Assembly: GCA_001917535.1 (NCBI GenBank)
Contig: MNEF01000087.1
Location: forward strand, 1,401 to 65,400
Length of the DNA stretch: 64,000 bases
Reading direction: 5' to 3'
DNA from: Candidatus Rokubacteria bacterium 13_1_40CM_69_27
Lineage (GTDB): Bacteria > Methylomirabilota > Methylomirabilia > Rokubacteriales > CSP1-6
Below, in pieces: positions 30,794-40,717 of the stretch (position 1 is the stretch's first letter; every line of letters begins with the position of its first letter). Below the pieces are notes generated by a model. It was given only the letters and a program-made list of their open reading frames with translations, was not told the DNA's origin and ran no database searches. Made by a program: the position numbers and the translations under genes.

Positions 30794-31378
30794 TCAAGCA
30801 GCCCGCGCGGAGAAGCGGCGCCTGTCGCCCTCGGCGCACCGTCCCTCCGCCTCGATGCTGAAGCCGGAGGACTCGACGAGCCGCTCCGTCTCGCGGTTGG
30901 GATGGCAGCCCCCCGAGAGCCGAGTCCAGAGCGGCTGGATGAAATCCTGATAACGCGCCTTCCAGCGCCGCGTCGAGCGCACGTGCTCGAGCATCCGCAG
31001 CGCTCCTCCGGGACGCAGGACGCGCCGGACCTCGGCCAGTCCCCGGCGCGGGTCGGGCACGCTGCAGAAGACCAGGCCGCTGACGACGGTGTCGAAGGCG
31101 CGGTCGCGGAACGGCAACGCCTCGGCGCGGCCCTGGATCAGCGGGACGCCCGGCGCCCGGCCTCGGGCGCGCTGGAGCGACTCCCAGGCGGGATCGAGCC
31201 CGATCAGGCGCACCTCGGCAGAGAAGAGCGGCAGATTGCGCCCGGTGCCGCAACCCAGATCGAGGGTCCGCCCACGCGCGCCGGCCGTCAGCCACCGCCG
31301 CCAGCGTCCGAGCCCGAGGCGCTCGCAGACGGCGCACAACGCATCGTAGAGCCAGGGGATCTGCTCGAGGCCGCGCAC
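30794..31378 (-). CDS. class I SAM-dependent methyltransferase
   Basis: LDLGCGTG motif I, Methyltransf_11-like; GTG start immediately after the FIST gene stop. Confidence 0.7.
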   Translation of the reverse strand: MRGLEQIPWLYDALCAVCERLGLGRWRRWLTAGARGRTLDLGCGTGRNLPLFSAEVRLIGLDPAWESLQRARGRAPGVPLIQGRAEALPFRDRAFDTVVSGLVFCSVPDPRRGLAEVRRVLRPGGALRMLEHVRSTRRWKARYQDFIQPLWTRLSGGCHPNRETERLVESSGFSIEAEGRCAEGDRRRFSARAA

Positions 31379-31383
31379 GGGCG

Positions 31384-32592
31384 TCAGACGCCGGCCGGGA
31401 AGAGGACGAGGGCGCCGGTATAGTTGTGGAAGAAGTTGCGACGCCCGATGGGCGCGAACTCGCCGTTGCCGAAGAAGCCGACGAGCGGAAACTCCCCCAG
31501 GCAGCTGCGGATCAGCTTCACGTCGTGATCGGGGACGCCATAGAGCCCTTGACCACGGCCGGCGCAGTCGAAGTAGCACCCGAAGGCCGGGCGCCGGCCC
31601 TCCAGTGCTCTGGCCACGCCCTCCAGCGTCACCCGAAGATCTTCGCGCGAGGACTCCGCATCGCGGATCTGGAACTGGATCGTCTGGCCCACCTTCACCG
31701 GCTCGGCCACGGCGACGGCGCCGCTCGCGGGATCGGCCCCGACGAGGTTGCGGACCAGGAAGTCGCCGCGCTCGAGCGGCGACTTCGTCGGATCCATCGC
31801 CAGGCCCGCGAAGACCCCGGCGCGCTGCACGCGCATGGGGCCGTCCGGTAGCGATCGGATGGCCTCCTTGAGGACGTCCAGGGCCGGGCGGCTGCCGATC
31901 TCCATCACCACGTTGCCGTCCGCGCGGGTGATGACGTACGGCTCGCCGATGGGCACGCAGCCCTGGGCGACGCCGATGACGGGGCGCGGGCCCGACAGCG
32001 CGAGGCCGGCCAGGCCGCCGCGCGCCAGATCGGCGTTGTAGAGCTCGAAGAGCGGCGTGCCGGCAGCGACGGCACCGATGACCGGGACGAAGCCGAGCTC
32101 GGCCTGCATGCCGTCGAGGAGCCCGCGCGGGCTCAGCCCGGCCACGTCGGGGAGTACCAGCAGGCAGCCGCCCTCGGCGAGGGTGGTGCCCACCTGCCGG
32201 GCCACCTCGGCGCCGACATCGGGACCGGCCTCAGCCTGATCCTCGACGAGGAACGGCGTCGCCATCAGCCGCTCATCGCTCACCGCGAGCACGGCCACGG
32301 CCGACTCGCCCTCGATCTCCCGGCGCTCGGTGAGCACGCCGCTTCCGCTGCAGCCGACGACGATGCGCGCGCCCGTGACCCGGCGGACGGCGTGGAGCAT
32401 TTCGTGGGCGGCGGCGTGGGTGTCGCCGGTGGCGAAGACCAGCACCAGGTCGGCGTGATCGGTGCCCGCGCGCGCGAGCGCCTCCAGCGAGGCGTCGAGC
32501 GCCGCGTCCGCCGGCGACCCGCCGACCGCCAGCCCGGAGCCGGCGGCGCCGAGGGCGCGCTCAGTCGCCAAGGTCCTCGAGCCGGGCGACAC
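31384..32592 (-). CDS. FIST domain sensor protein (FIST_N plus FIST_C)
   Basis: C-terminal FFGNGEFAPIG...FHNYTGALVLF is the FIST_C signature. Confidence 0.75.
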   Translation of the reverse strand: MSPGSRTLATERALGAAGSGLAVGGSPADAALDASLEALARAGTDHADLVLVFATGDTHAAAHEMLHAVRRVTGARIVVGCSGSGVLTERREIEGESAVAVLAVSDERLMATPFLVEDQAEAGPDVGAEVARQVGTTLAEGGCLLVLPDVAGLSPRGLLDGMQAELGFVPVIGAVAAGTPLFELYNADLARGGLAGLALSGPRPVIGVAQGCVPIGEPYVITRADGNVVMEIGSRPALDVLKEAIRSLPDGPMRVQRAGVFAGLAMDPTKSPLERGDFLVRNLVGADPASGAVAVAEPVKVGQTIQFQIRDAESSREDLRVTLEGVARALEGRRPAFGCYFDCAGRGQGLYGVPDHDVKLIRSCLGEFPLVGFFGNGEFAPIGRRNFFHNYTGALVLFPAGV

Positions 32593-33165
32593 GGGCGCCG
32601 GCCTCCTTCATGGCGCCGAGCGCGCGGGCGCCGTCGCCGGGCGCCACGTCCACCGCGCGGATCGCGTCCTCCAGCACCACGACCTCGAAGCCCTCCTTGA
32701 GCGCGTCGAGCGCCGTCGCCTTCACGCAGTAGTCGGTGGCCAGGCCGCCGACGAACAGGCGCCCGACGCCCCGCTCGCCGAGGGCCGCGGCGAACGGCAT
32801 GCCGTCGGCGGTCTCGGCCTGGAAGCAGGAGTACGCGTCATCGGCGGGGTCCATGCCCTTGGAGACGACCTCGGTGGCGGATAGCAGGACCAGGCCCGGA
32901 TGGAACTCCGCCCCCGGCGTCCCCTGGACACAGTGCGGCGGCCAAACGCCGCCGTAGGCCTGGAAGTGCCTGGTCTGGGCAGGGTGCCAGTCGCGCGACG
33001 CGAAGACGGGGGCGCCCCGTCGCGCGAAGCGCTCGGCGTACCGGTTCAGCACGGGCACGACGTCGTCCCCGCCGGGCACGGCCAGCGAGCCGCCGGGGCA
33101 GAAGTCGTTCTGGACGTCGACGATCACCAGGGCGTCGCGCGCGGGATCGATGGTGAAGGCCATGG
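32561..33165 (-). CDS. pncA: nicotinamidase/pyrazinamidase (isochorismatase family)
   Basis: ALVIVDVQNDFCPGGSL, catalytic Cys in VFASRDWHP...HC context; start at MAFTIDPARD. Confidence 0.8.
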
Positions 33166-33293
33166 CGGCACCTCCCCTCGGGCCCGGATCGTACCATGGC
33201 CGTGGCAGCCGCAGGGCGGCCGTGGGCTGGGCCCCGCGCGCCCGAGGCGACCGAAGATGATAGAATCCCCCGCGTTTTCGGAAGGAGGAGATC

Positions 33294-34424
33294 ATGAAGC
33301 GCATCCTCGCCCTCATCGCCGTCCTCGCGCTGGTGCTCGGCGCCGGGCTCTACGCAGTCGCCCAGCAGCCGTACCAGCTGACGCCAATGGACGAGAGCAA
33401 GCGCGATCGTGTCGTCCCCGTGGCGGGCGGCCGGTACCACGTCCTGCCGGCGACGCTGGAGACGACTCAGTGGGGCTGGCTCGACCCCAACGAGAAGCCG
33501 AAGCTCATGATCAACTCCAGCGACACGGTGGCGATCGAGACCATGATGCACGCCCACAACGCCGTCCAGCCGGGCACCACGATGGACGACATCGTCAAGC
33601 TGCGGTTGGCCAACCCGGGCGGCGGCCCGCATTCGGTGACCGGCCCCATCTACGTCAACGGCGCCGAGCCCGGCGACACGCTGGAGATCCGGATCAAGAA
33701 GATCGTGCCCAAGGCCTTCGGGACGAACTTCCACCTGCCGGGCAAGCAGTTCCCCACGGTCGGCCTGCTGGCGCCCGAGTTCCCCGACGGCTTCGTCCGC
33801 TACTACTATCTGGACTGGGAGAAGCGCCAGGCCGAGTTCAAACCGGGCATCATGATCGACCTCCAGCCCTTCCCCGGCACCATCGCGGTCGGTCCCGACC
33901 CCAACGAGCCCGCCGCCAAGGCCGGCCCCGCCATCAAGGACGCCAAGGGGCGGACGAGCACGCTCCGCCCGTGGAAGAACGGCTCCAACATGGACATCAA
34001 CGAGCTGCAGGAGGGCACGACGCTCTACCTGCCCGTCTTCCTCAAGGGGGCTCTGATCTGGACGGGTGACTCGCACTGCCGTCAGGGCAACGGCGAGGTC
34101 AACCTCACCGCGCTGGAGTGCGCCTACCGGGAGATCGTCATCCAGCCCATCGTCCGCAAAGATCTCAAAGTCGAGTGGCCGCAGCTCGAGACCACCACCC
34201 ACTGGATCCTGATGGGCTTCGACGAGAATCTCGAAGAGGCCGTGAAGATCGCCGTCCGCAACGCGGTCAAGTTCCTCAGCGAGCAGCAGAAGCTGGTCCC
34301 GATGAGTCGGGACGAAGCCTACGCGCTGGTGTCGATGGTCGGCGACTGCCGCGTGACCCAGATGGTGGACATTCGCAAGGGCATCCACTGCATGATCCCG
34401 AAGTCGATCTTCGTCAAGAAATAG
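33294..34424 (+). CDS. acetamidase/formamidase family protein, secreted
   Basis: Signal peptide; TGPIYVNGAEPGDTLE signature of the FmdA_AmdA family. Confidence 0.8.
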   Translation: MKRILALIAVLALVLGAGLYAVAQQPYQLTPMDESKRDRVVPVAGGRYHVLPATLETTQWGWLDPNEKPKLMINSSDTVAIETMMHAHNAVQPGTTMDDIVKLRLANPGGGPHSVTGPIYVNGAEPGDTLEIRIKKIVPKAFGTNFHLPGKQFPTVGLLAPEFPDGFVRYYYLDWEKRQAEFKPGIMIDLQPFPGTIAVGPDPNEPAAKAGPAIKDAKGRTSTLRPWKNGSNMDINELQEGTTLYLPVFLKGALIWTGDSHCRQGNGEVNLTALECAYREIVIQPIVRKDLKVEWPQLETTTHWILMGFDENLEEAVKIAVRNAVKFLSEQQKLVPMSRDEAYALVSMVGDCRVTQMVDIRKGIHCMIPKSIFVKK

Positions 34425-34426
34425 CG

Positions 34427-35284
34427 TTGCTGCTGCCGCTCCTCGTAGCGGCGACGCTCTCCGTCGCCGCCACGACGACCGATCTCCGCGATCTCGTCGC
34501 CGCCGTCGGCGGTGAGGGCGTGAGGGTCGAGAGCCTCACGGATCCCCGGCAGGACCCCCACGCGCGGGAGATCCATCCCCGCCAGCTGGCGCTCCTCCGA
34601 TCGGCCGACCTGCTGGTGCGGGTGGGCCTCGATCACGAGCCCTGGCTCGGCCGCGCGCTCCGGGCGGTGGCGCCCCCCGCCCACGACCTCGATTGCTCGC
34701 GAGCGGTGGCGCTGCTGGGCACCGAGACGCCACGCCTGAGAGCGGACAGCCGCCCGCACGTCCACGCCTTCGGCAACACCCACTACTGGCTCGACCCCGA
34801 GAACGCGCGCCCCCTCACGGCGCATATCCAGGAAATCCTCGGCCGGCTGGTGCCGGCCGAGCGGGCGGCGTTCGAGGCCAACCGCGCGCGCTTCCTGGCG
34901 CGCCTGGACGCGGGGCTGACGCGCTGGAAGGAGCGCCTGCGCCCGCACGCGGGCAGCCGGGTCGTCGTCGTCCACGACACCTGGCCCTACTTCGCGCGCC
35001 GCTTCGAGCTCGTCATCACCGCGGCCGTCGAGGAGAAACCCGGCGTGCCGCCCTCGCCGGCCTACCTCGGCCTGCTCATGGAGCGGATGAGGGCCACGGG
35101 CGTGCGCGTCGTCGTCGCCGAGCCCGGCGCACCCGCCGCCCTCTTGCGCCGCATCGCCGGCGGCACCGGGGCGCGCGTCGTGACCCTGGCGCCGTCGGTC
35201 GGCAGCGATCCCGAGGCGACCGACTACCTCGCCCTGTTCGACGTGAACGTGGATCGCCTGGCGGCAGCGCTGGCCTCCCGCTGA
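34427..35284 (+). CDS. znuA: metal (Zn/Mn) ABC transporter substrate-binding protein, ZnuA/TroA family
   Basis: TroA-like SBP similarity (HAFGNTHYWLDP, VVVHDTWPYFARRF); TTG start with short signal-like N-terminus. Confidence 0.7.
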   Translation: MLLPLLVAATLSVAATTTDLRDLVAAVGGEGVRVESLTDPRQDPHAREIHPRQLALLRSADLLVRVGLDHEPWLGRALRAVAPPAHDLDCSRAVALLGTETPRLRADSRPHVHAFGNTHYWLDPENARPLTAHIQEILGRLVPAERAAFEANRARFLARLDAGLTRWKERLRPHAGSRVVVVHDTWPYFARRFELVITAAVEEKPGVPPSPAYLGLLMERMRATGVRVVVAEPGAPAALLRRIAGGTGARVVTLAPSVGSDPEATDYLALFDVNVDRLAAALASR

Positions 35285-36549
35285 TGCTCGAGCTGCTCTG
35301 GCTCCCCTTCCTGGCCTGCCTCGTGCTGACCGGGATCCACGCCTATCTCGGTCTGCACGTGCTGGCGCGGGGGGTCATCTTCGTGGACCTGGCGCTCGCC
35401 CAGGTCGCCGCGCTCGGCGCCACCGCAGGGCTGCTGGCCGGCCACGCGGCCCAGAGCGACGCCGCCTACTACTACTCGCTCGCTTTCACGGCGGCCGGCG
35501 CCGCGCTGTTCGCGCTGACGCGAGAGCGCCGCGGCGTCGTGCCCCAGGAGGCGATCATCGGGATCGTCTACGCCGTCGCCGCGTCGCTGACGGTGCTCGT
35601 CCTCGATCGCGTGCCCCAGGGCGGCGAGCAGATCAAGCAGCTCCTCGTCGGCAGCATCCTGAGCGTGACCGGCGACGAGGTCGCACGCGTGGCCGCGCTC
35701 TACACGGCCATCGGCCTCGTCCACTGGCTCTGCCGGCGGCCGCTGCTGGCGATCTCCCTCGGCGGCGCCCCGCCGTGGACGCGGCTGTGGGACTTCCTCT
35801 TCTACCTCACCTTCGGCCTGGTGGTGACCAGCTCGGTGCGGATGGCCGGCGTGCTCCTGGTGTTCTCCTACCTCATCGTGCCCGCCGTCGCCGGCGCCTG
35901 GCTGGCGCCGACACTCGGCCGCCGTCTGGCGATCGGCTGGGCGGTCGGCTTCGTCGTCAGCGTCGCCGGGCTCAGCCTCTCGTACCTGGGGGATCTGCCG
36001 ACGGGCGCGACGATCGTCGCCACCTTCGGGGCCGTCCTCGCGGCCGTGGCTCTGGCCCGGGGATCGTGGGCCCTCGCTGCCCGCCTGAGGCGCGAGGGCG
36101 CCCGGGCCGGCGCGGGGCTGCTGGTCGCGCTGGGCGCGCTCCTGGCGCTGGCCGGCCTCGCGCTGGCGCTGTTCCCCCGCGCCGATCACCCCTGGCTCGA
36201 CGCCGTCGAGCGCGTCACGCCGGCCGTTCAGGCCGTGTTCCTCACGCCCTCCGAGCGCGGCGTCGCCGCCGACAGCCGTGCCGCGATCGCTCACGGCTCA
36301 GGCGAGCTCGCCCGCCTGCGCGCGCTGCAGGCGGAGGTGCAGTGGGGCACGCGCGACCTCGGCCCGGAGGAGCGCGAGCGCCTGCGCCAGTTCCTCACCA
36401 GTCGCGACGAGATCGTCGCCGGCGACCGCCTGGTGCTGCGCACGCTCCGGCAGAAGGCGCGCGAGCGCCAGCGCTACGCGGTGGGCGTGCCGCTGGCGCT
36501 GGCGGGGGCGGGGCTGATCGTGGTCGGTGTCCGCCTGAGCCGCGGCTAG
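35284..36549 (+). CDS. znuB: metal ABC transporter permease (ABC-3/ZnuB family) with about 150 aa C-terminal extension
   Basis: ATGA overlap with the znuA stop; ABC-3 permease helices; extra C-terminal region with one more TM segment; no ATPase gene adjacent. Confidence 0.75.
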   Translation: MLELLWLPFLACLVLTGIHAYLGLHVLARGVIFVDLALAQVAALGATAGLLAGHAAQSDAAYYYSLAFTAAGAALFALTRERRGVVPQEAIIGIVYAVAASLTVLVLDRVPQGGEQIKQLLVGSILSVTGDEVARVAALYTAIGLVHWLCRRPLLAISLGGAPPWTRLWDFLFYLTFGLVVTSSVRMAGVLLVFSYLIVPAVAGAWLAPTLGRRLAIGWAVGFVVSVAGLSLSYLGDLPTGATIVATFGAVLAAVALARGSWALAARLRREGARAGAGLLVALGALLALAGLALALFPRADHPWLDAVERVTPAVQAVFLTPSERGVAADSRAAIAHGSGELARLRALQAEVQWGTRDLGPEERERLRQFLTSRDEIVAGDRLVLRTLRQKARERQRYAVGVPLALAGAGLIVVGVRLSRG

Positions 36550-36554
36550 GAGAC

Positions 36555-36627
36555 TCGGAGGGGGGCTTCGCCCCCCTTCCGAAACCTCCCCCCAGGAAGG
36601 ATTGCGCCGGCAAAGCCGGCGCTCGGA
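36555..36627. repeat. composite REP-like element (modules A plus B)
   Basis: TCGGAGGGGGGCTTCGCCCCCCTTCCGA plus CCCCAGGAAGGATTGCGCCGGCAAAGCCGGCGCTCG between convergent genes. Confidence 0.6.
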
Positions 36628-36680
36628 CAGGCTCCTAGAACATCCGGGGCACAGTTTGGGAACTCGGCTGCAGGGTACGC

Positions 36681-37010
36681 TTACCCGCTCGGCCGCCGCT
36701 CGCTCACCTGGATGTCGTTGACGATTTTCTCGACCCCGTTCACGCGCTTGGTCAGCTCTTCGGCCCGAGCCTTCTGCTCGGCCGAATCCACCGAGCCGGT
36801 CAGGTACACCGTCCCATTGACGGTCTTCACCCCGACGCGCGTGAGATTGGCCGCTTTGTCGGCGACGAGCTTGGCCTTCACGGAGGCGGTGATGGACTGG
36901 TCGTCCACGAACCGGCCGGTGCTCCGCCCCGTCATAGACTGGCACCCGCTGAGGAACGAGAGGATCACCGAGGACACGACGATCGCGCTGAGGACCCGCA
37001 CGCTGCGCAT
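36681..37010 (-). CDS. BON domain lipoprotein (OsmY-like)
   Basis: Lipobox LSFLSGCQ; BON domain (VKAKLVADKAANLTRVGVKTVNGTVYLTGSVDS); start at internal MRSVRVL. Confidence 0.7.
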   Translation of the reverse strand: MRSVRVLSAIVVSSVILSFLSGCQSMTGRSTGRFVDDQSITASVKAKLVADKAANLTRVGVKTVNGTVYLTGSVDSAEQKARAEELTKRVNGVEKIVNDIQVSERRPSG

Positions 37011-37320
37011 TTCACATACCTCCCCGAACGTCCCTGGCGGCAAACGGGGTGCCAAGCGACTCCTCGTCGTCCCCTTCATCGGGCGCCATCGGCCTCGCCG
37101 ACGCCTCCGCCTCCACCACCACCCACGCCTTAGGGCCGACGCCCCGGACTCCGGTCCCAGCCCTCCCCCCAGGCCTTGACACGCCGGTGACATCTCGGCG
37201 GACGCCCGGACGTACACCGCTGGGCCTGACGGAGCGTCTTATCAGGCGGCCGCCGACTCAAGCCGCTGAGCACTTCCTGGGGCGTGTCTGAGAACTGGGC
37301 GAGCCCGAAAGGAGTTCCAC

Positions 37321-38295
37321 ATGCCGGACTCCTCCGGTCCAGTCCCGGGTCACGGCCAACCACTCGACAGCCAGCGTGCGCTGGATTTCGCCGACGTGCC
37401 ACATGTCCTGGAGCGTGCCGACTTCGAGCTCTATCGCGATGACGTTCCGGGAGCGCTGAGCCTCCTCGAGCAGGCGTATGTCGCGACGGGGGAGCTGCGC
37501 TACGCGGCGCGGGCGGCCCAGATTCGTTCATGGCTTCAGCATCTCTCCAGACCCCAGGATTACGCAGCCGTCTACGAGCGGTTCTACGAGGAGCGCAAGG
37601 GCCGCTTCTCATTGAAGCGTCTGGAAAGGGATCTCAGGGTCCTCCTCGGACGGAAGACTCGGAAGACGGTGCAACGCATCGCTGCCGATCCGGAGTTCCG
37701 CCTTCTCGACCAGGAGGTCATCAAGCATCACCCGGCTCGCGTCCTCGACGCCGGGTGCGGCGAGGGCCGTGTCGCAATTACCCTCGGTTGCCGCCATCCT
37801 GAGATCCAACTCACCGGAGTCGATGTCTCGCGTACCAATATCCGTCTCGCCCGCAATGTGAATCGCTTCCCGAACGTGTCGTTCCACGGAGGCCTCATTG
37901 AGGAATTCGTCGAGCGCACGCAGCCGGCCTCATTCGATCTCGTGTACTCATTCGCCGTTCTGGAGCATGTGCCAGATGACACCGAACTCGTCCGGCGGAT
38001 CTTTCGCGTCCTCCGGCCCGGCGGGCGCTTTTGCTTCGTTGTCCCGATGAACGAGCTTACTGCGGTTGGTCCGGTACCGGAGTTCCGGCCACCCGACGGC
38101 GCCCTGGGACATGTCCGGTGCTTTTCGGAATCCGGGCTTCGCGCACAATTCGGCCACCACCGGGACTTCCTCCTCGTGAAGCTCCCGGGACAGTGGAGAC
38201 CGAACTGTTACCCTCCGACAATCGTGCCCATCGAGTTCGGCTCGTTCTTCGTGGCCCTCACCAAGCACCGAAGCCAAGAACCACCCCGCGAGTAG
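37321..38295 (+). CDS. class I SAM-dependent methyltransferase
   Basis: GGAG RBS; VLDAGCGEGR motif I, LRPGGRFCFVVP motif; N-terminal helical region. Confidence 0.7.
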   Translation: MPDSSGPVPGHGQPLDSQRALDFADVPHVLERADFELYRDDVPGALSLLEQAYVATGELRYAARAAQIRSWLQHLSRPQDYAAVYERFYEERKGRFSLKRLERDLRVLLGRKTRKTVQRIAADPEFRLLDQEVIKHHPARVLDAGCGEGRVAITLGCRHPEIQLTGVDVSRTNIRLARNVNRFPNVSFHGGLIEEFVERTQPASFDLVYSFAVLEHVPDDTELVRRIFRVLRPGGRFCFVVPMNELTAVGPVPEFRPPDGALGHVRCFSESGLRAQFGHHRDFLLVKLPGQWRPNCYPPTIVPIEFGSFFVALTKHRSQEPPRE

Positions 38296-38327
38296 TTCCA
38301 GAAAGACTGGCGCGTAGCTTCTGCGGA

Positions 38328-38891
38328 TTACCGCAGAAACGCGCGGAGGCCGGTGACGGCGACGAGGTCGCGGTAGCGCCGCTTGAAGTGCTGCCAGAAG
38401 CGGTGCATCTCGCGGTACTCCTGCAGGCGGTCGAAGAGGATCAGGTCCACGGCGGCGCTGTCGATCCAGTCCACGTCCGTCTTGTAGCCCACCACCATGG
38501 AGACCGCGGTGCCGGCGATGAACTTCGAGATCCGCGCCTGGGGAACGTTGATGGTCGCGCAGCTCCCGAAGTGGACGACCCAGTTGGCGAACCCCTCGCC
38601 CATGTACTGCGCGAGCTTCTCGATCTCGACGGCCGTCTGATCGAGGACCAGCTCGCCCGGGCGGCCGTGGCAGGAGAGGTAGAGGATGCCGTAGCCCCGG
38701 CGGTTCTTGAGCTTGCCGAGGTTGAACTTCAGCTCCTCCTCGGTGTTGCAGGTGAGGTAGCTGAACTTCAGCTCGTCCACGCGGGAGGCCAGCTCCAGCA
38801 GCGGCACGACGCTCAGCCGGCTCTCGATGTTGCCGTCCCAGAGCGACTCCACGCAGGCGATGTTCTTCTTGTGGCTCCTGGCCCGTCCCAT
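38328..38891 (-). CDS. minimal caspase-fold (peptidase clan CD / CHAT-like) protein, hypothetical
   Basis: 187 aa; YGILYLSCHGRPGELVL (His-Gly) followed about 35 aa later by WVVHFGSCATIN (Cys) in the spacing and hydrophobic context of caspase/CHAT catalytic dyads; the rest of the ORF track's frame (R-rich N-extension) is discarded. Confidence 0.45.
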   Translation of the reverse strand: MGRARSHKKNIACVESLWDGNIESRLSVVPLLELASRVDELKFSYLTCNTEEELKFNLGKLKNRRGYGILYLSCHGRPGELVLDQTAVEIEKLAQYMGEGFANWVVHFGSCATINVPQARISKFIAGTAVSMVVGYKTDVDWIDSAAVDLILFDRLQEYREMHRFWQHFKRRYRDLVAVTGLRAFLR

Positions 38892-38893
38892 CG

Positions 38894-40018
38894 TCAGCGC
38901 TTCGCTGGCGCCGCGATTCCCAGTTCCTGGAGGCTCGATGCGAACGCCTCCACCACGTCCTTCATGTCCGCCGGGGTCAGCGTGCCCATGTTGGAGACGC
39001 GGAAGGCGTAGGTACGGATGTCGCCCTGCCCCGCGTAGATGATGTAGCCCCGCCGCTTCATGGCGTCGTGCAGCGGGTCGTAGGCGAGTCCCGGCAGGAG
39101 CCGGAACGTGGTGAGGATGTTCGAGCGCGCGGCCGGAGCGACCAGAATCTCGAAGCCCAGCCCGACCATGCCCTCGCGGAGCACGCGCGCGTTCTCCGCA
39201 TAGCGGACGATGCGGTTGGCCACGCCCTCGCGCTCGAGCTCCACCAGCGCCTGCTCCATGGCGTGCAGCACCTGGACGGCGGGGGTGAAGGGCGTGTTGT
39301 CCTGCTCCTGAGTCGCCCACTGGTTGTGGAGGTCGAGGTAGACGCTCCGCGGGGCGCGGCCGCGCAGCGCCTCCATGGCGCTCCGCCGCGCCAGCACGAA
39401 CGACACACCGGGGATGCCCTGCAGGCACTTGTTGGCGCTGGCCACCACGAAGTCGATGCCGTCCTGGGTGACGTCGAGGGGCTCGCCGAAGAGCGAGCTC
39501 ATCGCATCCACCACCAGCCGCCGTCCCTGCTCGGCCGCCACCCGCGCCACCTCCCCGACCGGGTTCAGGAGGCCCGTCGTCGTCTCGTGGTGCACCAGCG
39601 CGACGTGGCTGATCTCGTGATGGGCGCGCAGCGCGCGCTCCACGTCGCCGGGCACGACCGGAGTCAGGTAGTCATAGGTGATCGCTTCGGTGCGGATGGC
39701 GTGGGCCCGCGCGATGCGGAGCATGCGGTCGCCGTAGACACCGTTGTTGACGACCAGCAAGGCGCCCTCCGGCGGCACTGCCGAGCAGATCGCGGCCTCG
39801 ACGGCGGCCGTCCCCGACCCGGCGAAGAGCACCGCGGTCCAGTCCTGAGCCCCTCCGATCAGATGCGCCAGGCGCTCCCGGCAACTCCGCATCATGTGGA
39901 AGAACTCGGGCTCCCGGTGACAGAGGTCCGGCATCACCAGCGCCTGGCGCACGCTGGGCGACGTGTTGGCGGGGCCCGGATTCAGCAGGATCCACTCTCT
40001 ATCGGCCATCGACGACAC
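38894..40018 (-). CDS. class V pyridoxal-phosphate aminotransferase (AGXT / serine-pyruvate / PhnW family)
   Basis: ILLNPGPANTS, HHETTTGLLNP, VDAMSSLFGE, SANKCLQGIPGVSFV; HREPEF motif favours the alanine-glyoxylate/serine-pyruvate subgroup over PhnW. Confidence 0.85.
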   Translation of the reverse strand: MSSMADREWILLNPGPANTSPSVRQALVMPDLCHREPEFFHMMRSCRERLAHLIGGAQDWTAVLFAGSGTAAVEAAICSAVPPEGALLVVNNGVYGDRMLRIARAHAIRTEAITYDYLTPVVPGDVERALRAHHEISHVALVHHETTTGLLNPVGEVARVAAEQGRRLVVDAMSSLFGEPLDVTQDGIDFVVASANKCLQGIPGVSFVLARRSAMEALRGRAPRSVYLDLHNQWATQEQDNTPFTPAVQVLHAMEQALVELEREGVANRIVRYAENARVLREGMVGLGFEILVAPAARSNILTTFRLLPGLAYDPLHDAMKRRGYIIYAGQGDIRTYAFRVSNMGTLTPADMKDVVEAFASSLQELGIAAPAKR

Positions 40019-40123
40019 GCCTCCTCCAGTGCGTCACCGGACTGCTGGCTATCATAGCGTGGAACCCCGCCCCAGCCGGAATCTTGGGGAATCCCGCGCC
40101 TCGCGTCGGGCAAATAGCCGTCG

Positions 40124-40717
40124 CTACAGGTGATACAGCATCCAGTAGACGACCACGCCGGTCAGGGAGACGTAGAGCCAGATGGGGAGCGTCCAGCGCG
40201 CGATCGTCATGTGGCGGGCGAACTGGGAGGTGAGGGCGCGGTAGATCGTCGTGAGGGCCAGGGGCACGATGGCGGCAGCCAGCACGATGTGGGAGGTCAG
40301 GAGAGCGAAGTAGACGGGACGGATCCAGCCCCGGACGGTGAAGGGCCGCGAGCCTGCATAGTAGTGGTAGGTCACGTAGGAGACCAGGAAGAGCGTGGAG
40401 ACGCCGAACGCGGTCAGCATACACGTCAGATGCGCCGTCACCCGGCGCCGCCGGATGAAGACGTAGCCGGTGACCAGCAGCACGGCGCTGGTGCCGTTCA
40501 GGACGGCGTTGAGCGCCGGCAACGCCGAGACGTCGCGCGCGCCGCTCACCTGGCGCCCGCCGAGCAGCAGCACGCCCACGGCGATCACCACGGCGGCCGA
40601 GACGACCCCGATCGCCGAGAGCGCCGCCCGCTCTCTCATCGCCGCCCGCGGAACTCCGTTCCGAAGGTCTCCAGGCCGTGCTGCAGCGCCAGCGGCGCGG
40701 CCTGCCCCAGGCCGCAC
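40124..40717 (-). CDS. DUF420 family membrane protein
   Basis: Four-TM protein with DUF420-like conserved helices (TAFGVSTLFLVSYVTYH). Confidence 0.55.
   Translation of the reverse strand: MRPGAGRAAGAAARPGDLRNGVPRAAMRERAALSAIGVVSAAVVIAVGVLLLGGRQVSGARDVSALPALNAVLNGTSAVLLVTGYVFIRRRRVTAHLTCMLTAFGVSTLFLVSYVTYHYYAGSRPFTVRGWIRPVYFALLTSHIVLAAAIVPLALTTIYRALTSQFARHMTIARWTLPIWLYVSLTGVVVYWMLYHL

Noticed and set aside
38894-40018. Possible phosphonate (2-aminoethylphosphonate) catabolic locus based on PhnW-like aminotransferase
   Set aside because: The enzyme has the HRxPEF motif of alanine-glyoxylate/serine-pyruvate aminotransferases rather than PhnW-specific residues. No phnX, pepM or phosphonate transporter genes are nearby.
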